The notes beneath the pieces are model-generated. The model saw only the letters and a program-made list of their open reading frames with translations, made no database searches and was not told the origin of the DNA. From Planctomycetota bacterium (lineage in GTDB: Bacteria > Planctomycetota > UBA11346), in assembly GCA_038213805.1 (NCBI GenBank), contig JBBQSO010000047.1:1-39591 (forward strand): a DNA stretch of 39,591 bases. Reading direction: 5' to 3'. Every line of letters begins with the position of its first letter. Position 1 is the stretch's first letter. The position numbers were made by a program, and so were the translations under genes. Below are positions 9,411 through 18,280 of this stretch, one piece after another.

Positions 9411-9938
9411 ATGGACGCACTGGATCAGGAGACCGCGATGCGCGGCGTGCTCAGCGACGAGCCGCGCCTGGTCGGCTACGTGCGCGCCATCGTCGGCGAC
9501 CGCAGCACCGCCGAGGACGTGTTCCAGGACCTGGTCATGCTGGTCATGCGCAAGCACGCCGACATCCCCGACCTCGCCGCGCTGGCGGGCTGGACGCGGC
9601 GCGCGGCGCGCTTCCTGGCGCTCAAGGCGCTGGAGAAGCGTGCGCGCGAGCGCCCGGTCATGGACAGCGACCTGCTCGACCTGCTCGACGCATCCTGGCA
9701 GGACGGCGGCCACGACCACGCGGGCGCACCCTACCTGGATGCGCTGCGCCACTGCTGCGCCGCGCTGCCGCCGCACGCCCAGGAGCTGATTGCGCTGAAG
9801 TACACCCAGGGCATCAGCGGCCAGGACATCGCCACGCGCCTGGGCCGGCCGCTCAACACCATCTACGTGACCCTGACGCGCCTGCACCGCGCACTGGAGT
9901 CGTGCGTGCGTGCGCGCCTGCGGAGGAGCGATGCCTGA
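9411..9938 (+). CDS. ECF sigma-70 factor (Rhodopirellula/Verrucomicrobium-like)
   Basis: LVGYVRAIVGDRSTAEDVFQD (sigma2), LKYTQGISGQDIATRLGRPLNTIYVTLTRLHRAL (sigma4); overlaps the anti-sigma gene. Confidence 0.9.
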   Translation: MDALDQETAMRGVLSDEPRLVGYVRAIVGDRSTAEDVFQDLVMLVMRKHADIPDLAALAGWTRRAARFLALKALEKRARERPVMDSDLLDLLDASWQDGGHDHAGAPYLDALRHCCAALPPHAQELIALKYTQGISGQDIATRLGRPLNTIYVTLTRLHRALESCVRARLRRSDA

Positions 9939-11208
9939 GGACGATCTGGAGCGGCTCATCGCAGCCCACCTCGACGATGCACTCGATGCGGACGAGGCCG
10001 CGCGCCTGCACGCGCGCCTGCGCGCGGACGGCGACGCACGGCACCTGTTGATCGCCGCCGCGCGCCATGCCGCTGCGTTGCCGCGCCTGGCGCTGGAGCC
10101 GGATGCACGTGCCGCCATGCCATCGCCAACGCCGCTGCCAGAGGCAGCATCAGCACGCCCGCGCGCCCCGTGGCGCTGGCCGGCGGCTGCGGCGGTCTTC
10201 ATCGCCACAGTCGGACTCGGCATGCTGATCCGCACCACGCCACCGCCCCTCGACCTGCGCGTCGATGGGCAGGCGCAGATCGCGCATCGCGCCGCTGAAA
10301 GCGCCGGCGGACCGTGGCTGCATGCGGGCGACCGCATCACCACCAGCACTGGTCCGGCCACGCTGTCCTGGACGAGCGAGGGGACGCGGCTGGAGCTGGC
10401 GCCCGCCTCAGCGCTGACCGTTGAGGTGGCGTCCGGCGCCAAGCGCCTGCGCCTGGAACGCGGCGCCCTCCAGGCCGAAGTCGCGCACCAGCCGGTGGAC
10501 GGCGGCGTCACCATCGTCACGCCCTTCGGCCGCGTCGAGGTGGTCGGGACGCGCTTCGCCGTGCAGATCCAGGAGCACGGCAGCACGGTGACCGTGGAGC
10601 GTGGAGCGGTGCGTCTGGTCGCCGAGGCCGCCGGCCAGCCCGCGGTACGGCTCGAATCCGGGTATGCCGCGACCCTGTCGGGCGCGGCCATCAGCCATCC
10701 GGTGCCGCAGGCCACCGCGCCGCCCGCCGGCGCCACCGCAGCGGGCGATCCCACGGCCGGCTCCGCACAGGTGGTGCACGTTGGGCCGGCCGACTGGCAC
10801 GACGGCGCCGGCTGGGAGGGCGATCTGGTCGATGGCGCCATCCGCGCGCGCCTGCAGTCCGACAGCCCGGTGACGCGCATCATCCTGCCGCTGCGGCGGC
10901 CCGACGGCTACCTGCGCCTGGCCCGCGATCTGCGCTGCACCCTGCGCCTCCACGTCGACCAGGCGACCACCTGCGCGCTGCTGCTGGTCTGTGACCGCGC
11001 GGATGGCGGCGACTGGCTCGGCAACCTGCAGGGCGAACGGCGCCTTGTCGCCGGCGACCAGGAACTGGTCCTGAGTGCCGACGATCTGCGTCCGGTGGCC
11101 GGCAGCGGCCTGACCATGCCACCCGGCAGCCGCATCATCGGCATCGCGGTGATGACGTGGGGGCCCGCGGCCGATCTGCGGCTGCACGATGTGGAATTGC
11201 GGCGGTAA
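9931..11208 (+). CDS. FecR-domain transmembrane anti-sigma/sensor protein
   Basis: GGAGGAG RBS; anti-sigma N-terminus LERLIAAHLDDALD; TM WPAAAAVFIATVGLGMLI; FecR signature LRLERGALQAEVAHQ...TPFGRVEVVGTRFAV...VTVERGAV; C-terminal beta-rich domain. Confidence 0.88.
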   Translation: MPEDDLERLIAAHLDDALDADEAARLHARLRADGDARHLLIAAARHAAALPRLALEPDARAAMPSPTPLPEAASARPRAPWRWPAAAAVFIATVGLGMLIRTTPPPLDLRVDGQAQIAHRAAESAGGPWLHAGDRITTSTGPATLSWTSEGTRLELAPASALTVEVASGAKRLRLERGALQAEVAHQPVDGGVTIVTPFGRVEVVGTRFAVQIQEHGSTVTVERGAVRLVAEAAGQPAVRLESGYAATLSGAAISHPVPQATAPPAGATAAGDPTAGSAQVVHVGPADWHDGAGWEGDLVDGAIRARLQSDSPVTRIILPLRRPDGYLRLARDLRCTLRLHVDQATTCALLLVCDRADGGDWLGNLQGERRLVAGDQELVLSADDLRPVAGSGLTMPPGSRIIGIAVMTWGPAADLRLHDVELRR

Positions 11209-11244
11209 ACGCTGCGCGGCGCTGATCCGTCGCGCTTCGGTCGC

Positions 11245-11430
11245 TCAATAGATGGCATTAGGAGATATATTTAAAATTATACTGTATCTACGTTTACAGA
11301 TATTTTTTCGCATAACTGTGGGCACATCCCGCGCGCGCTCACCGCCACTAGGCTGCATCGGAAATCACTCTGGCTACCTCCTTGTAACCTTTCTGGGGCT
11401 AGTGGCGTTAATACTAACGTTAGATCACAC
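11245..11430 (+). promoter_or_regulatory. AT-rich promoter region with CTAACGTTAG palindrome (11414-11423)
   Basis: Abrupt AT-rich tract in high-GC DNA upstream of the GH29 gene; perfect 10-bp palindrome with an AACGTT core. Confidence 0.4.
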
Positions 11431-11635
11431 CCCCGCTTCACCGGCTTATCGCTGTTGGCCCAAACGGGGTGTCCCACGTGCGTCGGCCGCCCGCCTGCGC
11501 GACCGATAAACGGCCGAAACCCTGGTTCAGGAGGCTGCCCTCGCGGCATTCCTGCTGCCGGATTATGGTGCCTACGGGCTCACGACCTCCGGCAACAAGC
11601 TCAACGATACCCCACCGAACAATCACACGCATGCA

Positions 11636-11753
11636 ACCGGACCACAGCACCATGAAAACATCGCTACGCACCCTCACTGCGCTCTGTGCCACCGTGGTGG
11701 TGACGCCACTGCTGTGCCTTGAGCAACCTGCGACCACGGATCACGTCGAACCA
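11636..11753 (+). repeat. Shared leader cassette, copy 1 (5' UTR plus 34 codons)
   Basis: MKTSLRTLTALCATVVVTPLLCLEQPATTDHVEP; aligns without gaps to copies at 13430 and 14928. Confidence 0.8.
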
Positions 11754-13397
11754 GCCATGCAGGTTGACGTGCCGATCGCCGCCGGCCCGTGCGCGCCCAC
11801 CTGGAAATCGCTCGGCGATATCTTTGCATGTCCCACGTGGTGGCGGCAGGCCAAGATCGGAATGTGGCTGCACTGGGGGCCGCAGTCGGTCGGCGAAGAT
11901 GGCGACTGGTATGCCAAGTGGATCTATATGCCGAGTCATGCGTGGGGTGACTCCACGCGCGTCTACCCCGATCACCTTGCACGCGTGGGGCATCCGAGCG
12001 TCACTGGCTACAAGGACATGCTGCCGCTGTGGAAGGCTGAAAAATGGGATCCAGAAAAGCTCATGGCGCTCTACAAGCGGGCTGGAGCCCGCTATGTGAT
12101 CGGTCAGGGCATGCACCACGATAATTTCGATCTGTGGAATTCCAAATACCAGCCCTGGAACTCCGTGAAGGTCGGGCCGCACCGCGACATCCTCGGCGAC
12201 TGGCGGAAAGCGGCACAGAAGGAAGGCCTGCGCTTTGGCATCGCTTTCCATGGCGACTATTCGCTGTGGTGGTATCAGCCGGCGTTTCTGGCAGACCTCG
12301 CGGGTCCGCTCACCGGCGTGCCGTACGACGGCGCGCAAAATTATGCGGGCAAGGAAACCTGGTGGCAGAAGATGGGATTAGATTTGAAAGACCTCTACGG
12401 CATAGACCTCAAGGACGATGTCGTCTTTCCAGCGAACTTCACGGGCGATCCGCACGAGTTCCGCATGCGCGATCCGCTGACACACGGGATTCCGGACGGC
12501 GACCTGCGTGTTCACCGGGATTTTGCCGCCTGGTTTGCGACGAAATGGACGCGGCGCGTGATCGACGCGATCGACCAGTTCTCACCCGACTTCATCTACT
12601 TCGACGGTGGCCGCAGCTATCCATTCTGCGGCTACGGAACCGGTCGCGGCCTGCGCGCCGACGCCACGCCGCGCGTCATCGCCCATCTGTACAACAAAAG
12701 CATCAGTCAAAACGGCGGAAAACTCGAATCGATGGCCTTCACCAAGGGCGCCGATGATTCCCGGGCCGTGGCCGCCAACTTCGAGTCGGGCTTTCCGGAC
12801 GGCATCAAACGCGATCAACCGTGGCAGACCGAGGTCGGTCTGGGCGAATGGTTCTACTATAAAGGGACGTTCTATGAGAGCGGCATGGTCATCCACCAGA
12901 TGCTGGAAGCCGTTTCGCGCGATGGTAACTACGCCATCAACATTCCGCTCAAACCGTCGGGCGAGCTCGATCCCGGTGGCCTGAAGACGCTGCAGGACAT
13001 GGGTGACTGGATGGACGTGAACAGCGACGGCATTCACGATTCCAATGCCTGGGACGCCTGGGGCGAAGGCAGCGTCATCATGAAGCCCGGCAATCTCGAT
13101 CAGGACCATGCACAGACCCCCTACACCGGCAAAGATATCCGTTTCACGACTAAAAATGGCTGCGTTTATGCCTGGCTAATGGCGTGGCCCAGCGATGGGC
13201 AGGCCGTCATCAGGTCACTCGCCACGCCGGCGGGCAAGGTCACCGGGGTCGAGTTGCTCGGCTGCACAAAGACGTTGGAGTGGCAGCAGACGGATGCGGG
13301 ACTGACCGTGCGTTTGCCAGCCGACCAGCCGTGCCATTTTTCCTACGGCCTGAAGATATCCGGAGAACACCTCAAGGCTTCGCCACCAAAGCAGTGA
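11652..13397 (+). CDS. Secreted alpha-L-fucosidase (GH29)
   Basis: WWRQAKIGMWLHWG, WDPEKLMALYKRAGARY, HHDNFDLWNS, PDFIYFDGG (nucleophile Asp), VSRDGNYAINI, DIRFTTK C-terminal domain. Confidence 0.92.
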   Translation: MKTSLRTLTALCATVVVTPLLCLEQPATTDHVEPAMQVDVPIAAGPCAPTWKSLGDIFACPTWWRQAKIGMWLHWGPQSVGEDGDWYAKWIYMPSHAWGDSTRVYPDHLARVGHPSVTGYKDMLPLWKAEKWDPEKLMALYKRAGARYVIGQGMHHDNFDLWNSKYQPWNSVKVGPHRDILGDWRKAAQKEGLRFGIAFHGDYSLWWYQPAFLADLAGPLTGVPYDGAQNYAGKETWWQKMGLDLKDLYGIDLKDDVVFPANFTGDPHEFRMRDPLTHGIPDGDLRVHRDFAAWFATKWTRRVIDAIDQFSPDFIYFDGGRSYPFCGYGTGRGLRADATPRVIAHLYNKSISQNGGKLESMAFTKGADDSRAVAANFESGFPDGIKRDQPWQTEVGLGEWFYYKGTFYESGMVIHQMLEAVSRDGNYAINIPLKPSGELDPGGLKTLQDMGDWMDVNSDGIHDSNAWDAWGEGSVIMKPGNLDQDHAQTPYTGKDIRFTTKNGCVYAWLMAWPSDGQAVIRSLATPAGKVTGVELLGCTKTLEWQQTDAGLTVRLPADQPCHFSYGLKISGEHLKASPPKQ

Positions 13398-13429
13398 AAC
13401 AATCCAACTGGACACCGCAAAGGACACCC

Positions 13430-13780
13430 ATGAAGACAGCGATACGCATGCTCACGGCACTCTTCGCCACCCTCGTGGTGACATCGCTGCCGTGCCTCGG
13501 GCAACCCGCATCAGCGGATGCGGCTGAACCGCCTGTCCACCCTGCGCCCGCCGCACACGCGTGGGCTCCCAAACACGCTGCGCTGATGACGAGGTGGGCC
13601 GCGCAGGTCGATCCCAGAGCGCCGCTCCCCGAGTATCCGCGCCCACAAATGGTGCGCGCCGAATGGCAGAACCTCAACGGCATCTGGCAATACCAACCGG
13701 GCGCAGAAGGCGACGCGACGCCGACCGGAAAGATGCCCAGCAGTGAGATACCGTCGGAATCCCTGGATGCCCACCGATGA
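13430..13780 (+). pseudogene. Truncated GH2-type glycosidase (N-terminal fragment) carrying leader copy 2
   Basis: AAAGGA RBS; LMTRWAAQVDPRAPLPEYPRPQMVRAEWQNLNGIWQY is a GH2 N-terminal signature, but the ORF stops after 116 aa and overlaps the next gene. Confidence 0.8.
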
Positions 13781-14853
13781 ACCACACTCCTGCATTTTTC
13801 ACCCTGCTGTTGCTGGCTGCAATGGGTGCGCGATGCAGCGGATCTGAAGGGCCTGCCTGCCATTACGAGGCCTCGCACCGTTCGCTGACGGTGCTGCTCG
13901 ATGGAAGGGAACGGTTCACGTACGTCTTCAACAAGGGCGGAGCCATCAATGGCATATTCGATCTGCAGATCGCCCCCGGCCAGAACTTGATTGGACCGTC
14001 GTTTCAGGGTGAATCCACGGATCGCGTGATCCAATGGACATATTGGAACTGGCGTTATGAAGTGCCGGGAAATCCGGTTGGTGATCACGACAAGCGCGCG
14101 AATGTCACGATGGAAGGATCATTCGGCGAAGTGGCGACCTGCGATGCGATCCTTGCACCCGAGAGCGGGACGAACCTACTTCTACGGTTCAAATCGCGCG
14201 TGCAGCATTGGTTCTACGCCAACTTGGACCAATATGGCAAGCCCGACTTCGAGACGAGTTCGACCTACGAAGTACTCAATGACGGAAGCCTGAAACTCTG
14301 GCGCAGCGTCACGCGGCATCCATGGAGGCTGACGCACATCAATGAAATGCACTGGAACAGCTCCACTTGGCTGGCAACGCCGGGATCCTGTTGGCTGGCG
14401 ACGCCGCGGGCAGAGACCATGATGGTATGTGAAAACCTCCAACATGGCTCGCAGACGTCGTATTTCGAGGCGTGGTCACCTTTCGATCACCGCCCGCTCC
14501 CTTTACAAAAACATGGCAAGGGCACTTTCGGCGACGATGGCTATCGCTTCTGGAAACCGCAGGATTTGGGCGGCTGGGCGATGGCCTACGGCGACAAACA
14601 GGCTGTGGCGATGGTCTTCGGAAAAAGCGAGATGGGCGATCCGGTTCACAAGCTTCAAGTAAGCTTCAATAAATTGGATCAGCCTCAGGCGAATTTGAGC
14701 CTCCTGCTACCCGCTGTGGAGGCTTCATGGCCCGACGACGCGACCTTGACCCAGGTACTCATCATCGTTCCCGGGGCGCCTGCTGACGTGGAACGCCGCG
14801 CAACAGCTTTGGCAGATACCGTGCCCGTCCCCACCATGATCGATGCCAAATAA
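13777..14853 (+). CDS. Secreted hypothetical protein (aromatic-rich, probably beta-rich)
   Basis: 358-aa ORF with signal peptide MNHTPAFFTLLLLAAMGARCSG and ATGA overlap; no family recognised. Confidence 0.7.
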   Translation: MNHTPAFFTLLLLAAMGARCSGSEGPACHYEASHRSLTVLLDGRERFTYVFNKGGAINGIFDLQIAPGQNLIGPSFQGESTDRVIQWTYWNWRYEVPGNPVGDHDKRANVTMEGSFGEVATCDAILAPESGTNLLLRFKSRVQHWFYANLDQYGKPDFETSSTYEVLNDGSLKLWRSVTRHPWRLTHINEMHWNSSTWLATPGSCWLATPRAETMMVCENLQHGSQTSYFEAWSPFDHRPLPLQKHGKGTFGDDGYRFWKPQDLGGWAMAYGDKQAVAMVFGKSEMGDPVHKLQVSFNKLDQPQANLSLLLPAVEASWPDDATLTQVLIIVPGAPADVERRATALADTVPVPTMIDAK

Positions 14854-14877
14854 AAACCATCACCTGCCGTAACGCAT

Positions 14878-14907
14878 CCATCCAGCCATGGCTGCATGGT
14901 TGGATGG
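14878..14907. terminator. Intergenic stem-loop (possible terminator or mRNA-stabilising hairpin)
   Basis: CCATCCAGCCATG-gctg-CATGGTTGGATGG, 13-bp stem with one G-U pair; no U-tract. Confidence 0.45.
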
Positions 14908-14911
14908 GCAC

Positions 14912-15029
14912 ACCGGATCACGGAACCATGAAAACAACGCTTCTCACGCTTGTGGTACTCAGTGCAACCATGCTGGTGACACCACTGCTGTGCCTTGAAC
15001 AACCACCCTCACCGGCTGCAATCGAACCG
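14912..15029 (+). repeat. Shared leader cassette, copy 3
   Basis: 14912-15004 aligns ungapped to 11636-11728 with 19 mismatches in 93 nt by manual count. Confidence 0.8.
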
Positions 15030-15914
15030 CCGCCGACTTTGGGCGAGGTGGCGTATGGGCGATCACCCAAACAGGTGTTGACCTTTTGGCGTGCGCAATC
15101 GGACGCACCAACGCCTTGGCTGTTCCACATCCATGGTGGTGCCTGGACAAGTCAGCAGCGGATCTTCGGCTTGGTCACGGTACCCGGCCTGGTGCAGGAC
15201 ATGCTCGATCACGGGATCTCGGTGGTGACGGTGGAGTATCGTTTTCTCGACGAAGCCACGGCCGACGGCCTCAATCCGCCGGTCACCGGACCGATGCTCG
15301 ACTGCGCGCGAGCCTTGCAGTTTGTCCGGAGCAAGGCCAAGGAGTGGAATCTCGATAAAAGGCGGGTCGCCCTGTGCGGGGATTCAGCGGGGGGCTGCAC
15401 GGCGCTGTGGCTGGCGTTCCACAAGGATCTGGCCGATCCATCAAGCAACGATCTGGTCGCCCGCGAATCCACGCGACCCCTATGCGTCGCCGTGCAGCAT
15501 CCGCAGACCACTCTGGATCCGCAGCAGATGCGAGACTGGATTCCCAACATCGACTATGGTGACCGAGCCTTCGGCATCACCGGCGATGCGGAGAAAAAGC
15601 TGGCCTCCTTCGAGGTCTTCCTGGCCGCGCGCGAGAAACTCCTGCCTGTGATCAACGAATATTCCCCGTACGCCCAGGTCAGCCGGGATGCTCCGCCCGT
15701 ATTCATGTTCTATTATTCAGTTCCAGCCATCGGCCAGATTCAGCAAGACAGCGTGCATAGCGCAAACTTTGGCGAAAAGTTGCAGGAAAAATGCCAGCAG
15801 CTTGGCGTCGAGTGCGAATTGGTCTATCCGGGGGCACCGGGCATTGAGGCCAAGCCCTACCACAAGATCTATTTCGAGAAGTACTTCATCGGAAAACTTC
15901 TTGGTGCGAAATAA
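14928..15914 (+). CDS. Secreted alpha/beta-hydrolase (HSL/BD-FAE-like esterase)
   Basis: HIHGGAW oxyanion motif, VEYR, GDSAGG nucleophile elbow, SPYAQVSRDAPPVF, VHSANFG. Confidence 0.88.
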   Translation: MKTTLLTLVVLSATMLVTPLLCLEQPPSPAAIEPPPTLGEVAYGRSPKQVLTFWRAQSDAPTPWLFHIHGGAWTSQQRIFGLVTVPGLVQDMLDHGISVVTVEYRFLDEATADGLNPPVTGPMLDCARALQFVRSKAKEWNLDKRRVALCGDSAGGCTALWLAFHKDLADPSSNDLVARESTRPLCVAVQHPQTTLDPQQMRDWIPNIDYGDRAFGITGDAEKKLASFEVFLAAREKLLPVINEYSPYAQVSRDAPPVFMFYYSVPAIGQIQQDSVHSANFGEKLQEKCQQLGVECELVYPGAPGIEAKPYHKIYFEKYFIGKLLGAK

Positions 15915-16194
15915 TTTCAACGAATCCCGACGCTGGGTTTTCCTGACGCGCCACGGTCATTTTCCCGCCCTGCCGTCCACCCCATTGCGACGCCGCACCG
16001 CAGGGCGCTCTGCGTCGCTGCGATAAGGCACGACCTCAGGCACCCTGCGGATGGGTCGTTCGCAGGCACTTGCGGGTACGCGCCAGGATCTCGGGTCGAC
16101 GGTTCCTGGCCCTGGGGTCTGCTCCCCTCCCGTACAAGGTTGCAGATTCCCGTCAGCGCTTCCCCTTGCCTCCCGTACGTACTGCCACAGCATA

Positions 16195-16208
16195 CGCAAA
16201 CGTTTGCG
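16195..16208. promoter_or_regulatory. LacI-family operator (RbsR/PurR-like)
   Basis: Perfect 14-bp palindrome CGCAAACGTTTGCG ending 6 nt before the LacI start codon. Confidence 0.75.
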
Positions 16209-16214
16209 CAAACC

Positions 16215-17252
16215 ATGACCTTAAAACGCATAGCCCAACTCACCGGCGTCAGCATCGCCACCGTATCCCGTGTCCTGGCGGGCAAGGGCGAGGCCAACCG
16301 TATCACCCCGGCGACGGCGGCGGCGGTGACGGCGGCAGCCGAGCGCATCGGTTTCCGACCCAGCCAGCTGGCGCGCTCGCTGCGCAGCGGACGCAGTGCG
16401 CTGATCGGCATGATCGTGCCCGACATCGCCAACCCCTTCTTCGCCGCCATCGCGCGCCAGGTCACCCTGGCGGCGGAGACCCACGGCTACTCGGTGCTGC
16501 TCGGCGACAGCCGCGAGGACGACGCCGGCGAGCATCGCCTAGTGCAGCGCCTGCGTGACCGCCGCATCGAGGGCCTGGTGGTGTGCCCGGTGGGCGTGCA
16601 GCAAAGCCACCTCGCCGCGGCCCAAGCGGCCGGGTTGCCGCTCGTGGTGGTCGACCGTGGCTTTGCCGACGGCACCCTGCCGACCGTCACCAGCGACCAC
16701 GCCCAGGGCGCGCAAGCCCTGGCGGCGCTGCTGCTGCGCGCCGGGCATCAGCGCATCGGCCAGCTCCAGGGCCGCGCCGGCACCCTGCCCAACGACGAGC
16801 GCGTCGCGGCCTTCACCGCGGCGCTGCGCTCCGCCGGGGTGCGCCTGCCCGCGTCGCACGTGCGCGGCGACGCCTTCAGCGAGGAGTCCGGCCGCGAGGC
16901 CGCGCTCGCCCTGCTGCGCGCCGAGCCGGGCATCACCGCGCTGTGCGCGCTGAGCAACCAGATCGCCCTGGGCGTGCTGCGCGCCGCGGCCACGCTCGGC
17001 AGGTCGGTGCCGCGCGACCTCTCGCTCGCCACCTTCGACGACCTGCCGCACGCCGAGTTCCTCAGCCCGGCGCTGACCACCGCCTGCCAGGACGTGCCCG
17101 CGCTCGGCCGGCGCGCGGCGGAGATGCTGCTCGCCGGCATCGATGGCGGCGCACCCGCCGCGCTCCGCATCCAGCGCATCCCGGTGACGGTCATCGAACG
17201 CGCCTCGATCGCCCCGCCCGCCCTCACCACGCCTGCCCCGGAGAAACGATGA
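16215..17252 (+). CDS. LacI-family transcriptional regulator (RbsR-like)
   Basis: MTLKRIAQLTGVSIATVSRVL HTH, ARSLRSGRS hinge, IVPDIANPFF, VPRDLSLATFDD, PALTT. Confidence 0.93.
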   Translation: MTLKRIAQLTGVSIATVSRVLAGKGEANRITPATAAAVTAAAERIGFRPSQLARSLRSGRSALIGMIVPDIANPFFAAIARQVTLAAETHGYSVLLGDSREDDAGEHRLVQRLRDRRIEGLVVCPVGVQQSHLAAAQAAGLPLVVVDRGFADGTLPTVTSDHAQGAQALAALLLRAGHQRIGQLQGRAGTLPNDERVAAFTAALRSAGVRLPASHVRGDAFSEESGREAALALLRAEPGITALCALSNQIALGVLRAAATLGRSVPRDLSLATFDDLPHAEFLSPALTTACQDVPALGRRAAEMLLAGIDGGAPAALRIQRIPVTVIERASIAPPALTTPAPEKR

Positions 17253-18280
17253 TCATGAAGCACCCGCCCCTGCTGCGCCGCGTCCTGCTCGCCGCGCTCG
17301 CCACCGGACTGACCGTCGGCCTCGCCGGCGCCGCCGAACCGCGCACGCCCATCGGCATCATCTTCGACACCGACCTGGGCAACGATGTCGACGACGTGCT
17401 CGCGCTCGGCATCCTCAACGCATTCCAGGAACGCGGTGAATGCCGCCTGCTGGCGGTCACCACCACCAAGGACCATGAGCTGGTCGCGCCGTTCATCGAC
17501 GCGATCAACACCTTCTACGGCCACGGCGACATCCCCATCGGCGTCTGCCACAGCGGCGTCACGCCGGGGGACAGCCGCATGCTGCACCTGGCCGAGCAGC
17601 GCGACGGCGGGCAGTTGCGCTTCCCCCACGACCTGATGAGCGGCAAGCAGGCGCCGCCCGCGGTCGAGGTGCTGCGCAAGGCCCTGGCCGGCGCCCGCGA
17701 TGGCGGCGTGGTGATCGTCCAGGTCGGCTTCTCGACCAACCTGGCGGCACTGCTGGAATCGCCGGCCGACGCCATCTCACCGCTCAGCGGCAGCGATCTG
17801 ATCAAGGCCAAGGTGCCGTACATCTCGATCATGGCCGGTGATTTCACCAATAAGAACTACCGCGAATACAACATCACCAACGATATTCCGGCGGCCAAGA
17901 AGCTCGCCAGCGCGTGGCCGACGCCGATCATCTGGAGCGGCTTCGAGGTCGGCCTGCAGGTGGCCACGCCGCACGTCAGCATCGAGCGCGACTATGCCTA
18001 CATCGCCCACCACCCGCTGCCCGAGGCCTACTACCTGTACCAGCCGCCGCCCCACGACCGCCCGGCCTGGGACCTGACCGCGGCGCTCTACGCAGTGCGC
18101 CCGGACCGCGGCTACTACGCGCTTTCGGCGACCGGGCACGTCACCGTCGCCGACGACGGCGTGACGACCTTCACGCCCGGCGATGGTCAACAGCGCTACC
18201 TGCGCCTGGAAGGCGACCAGCGCACGCGTGTCACCGAGACCCTGATGCTGCTCGCCAGCGAGCCGCCGAAGGCCCATTGA
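17249..18280 (+). CDS. Nucleoside hydrolase (IU-NH family) with signal peptide
   Basis: IIFDTDLGNDVDDVLAL Asp cluster, MAGDF, EYNI, AWDLTAAL; N-terminal RRVLLAALATGLTVGLAGA-AE. Confidence 0.88.
   Translation: MIMKHPPLLRRVLLAALATGLTVGLAGAAEPRTPIGIIFDTDLGNDVDDVLALGILNAFQERGECRLLAVTTTKDHELVAPFIDAINTFYGHGDIPIGVCHSGVTPGDSRMLHLAEQRDGGQLRFPHDLMSGKQAPPAVEVLRKALAGARDGGVVIVQVGFSTNLAALLESPADAISPLSGSDLIKAKVPYISIMAGDFTNKNYREYNITNDIPAAKKLASAWPTPIIWSGFEVGLQVATPHVSIERDYAYIAHHPLPEAYYLYQPPPHDRPAWDLTAALYAVRPDRGYYALSATGHVTVADDGVTTFTPGDGQQRYLRLEGDQRTRVTETLMLLASEPPKAH

Noticed and set aside
11283..11300. CTGT...ACAG resembling an SOS (LexA) box
   Set aside because: The spacer is 10 nt rather than 8, and the neighbouring genes are not SOS-type.
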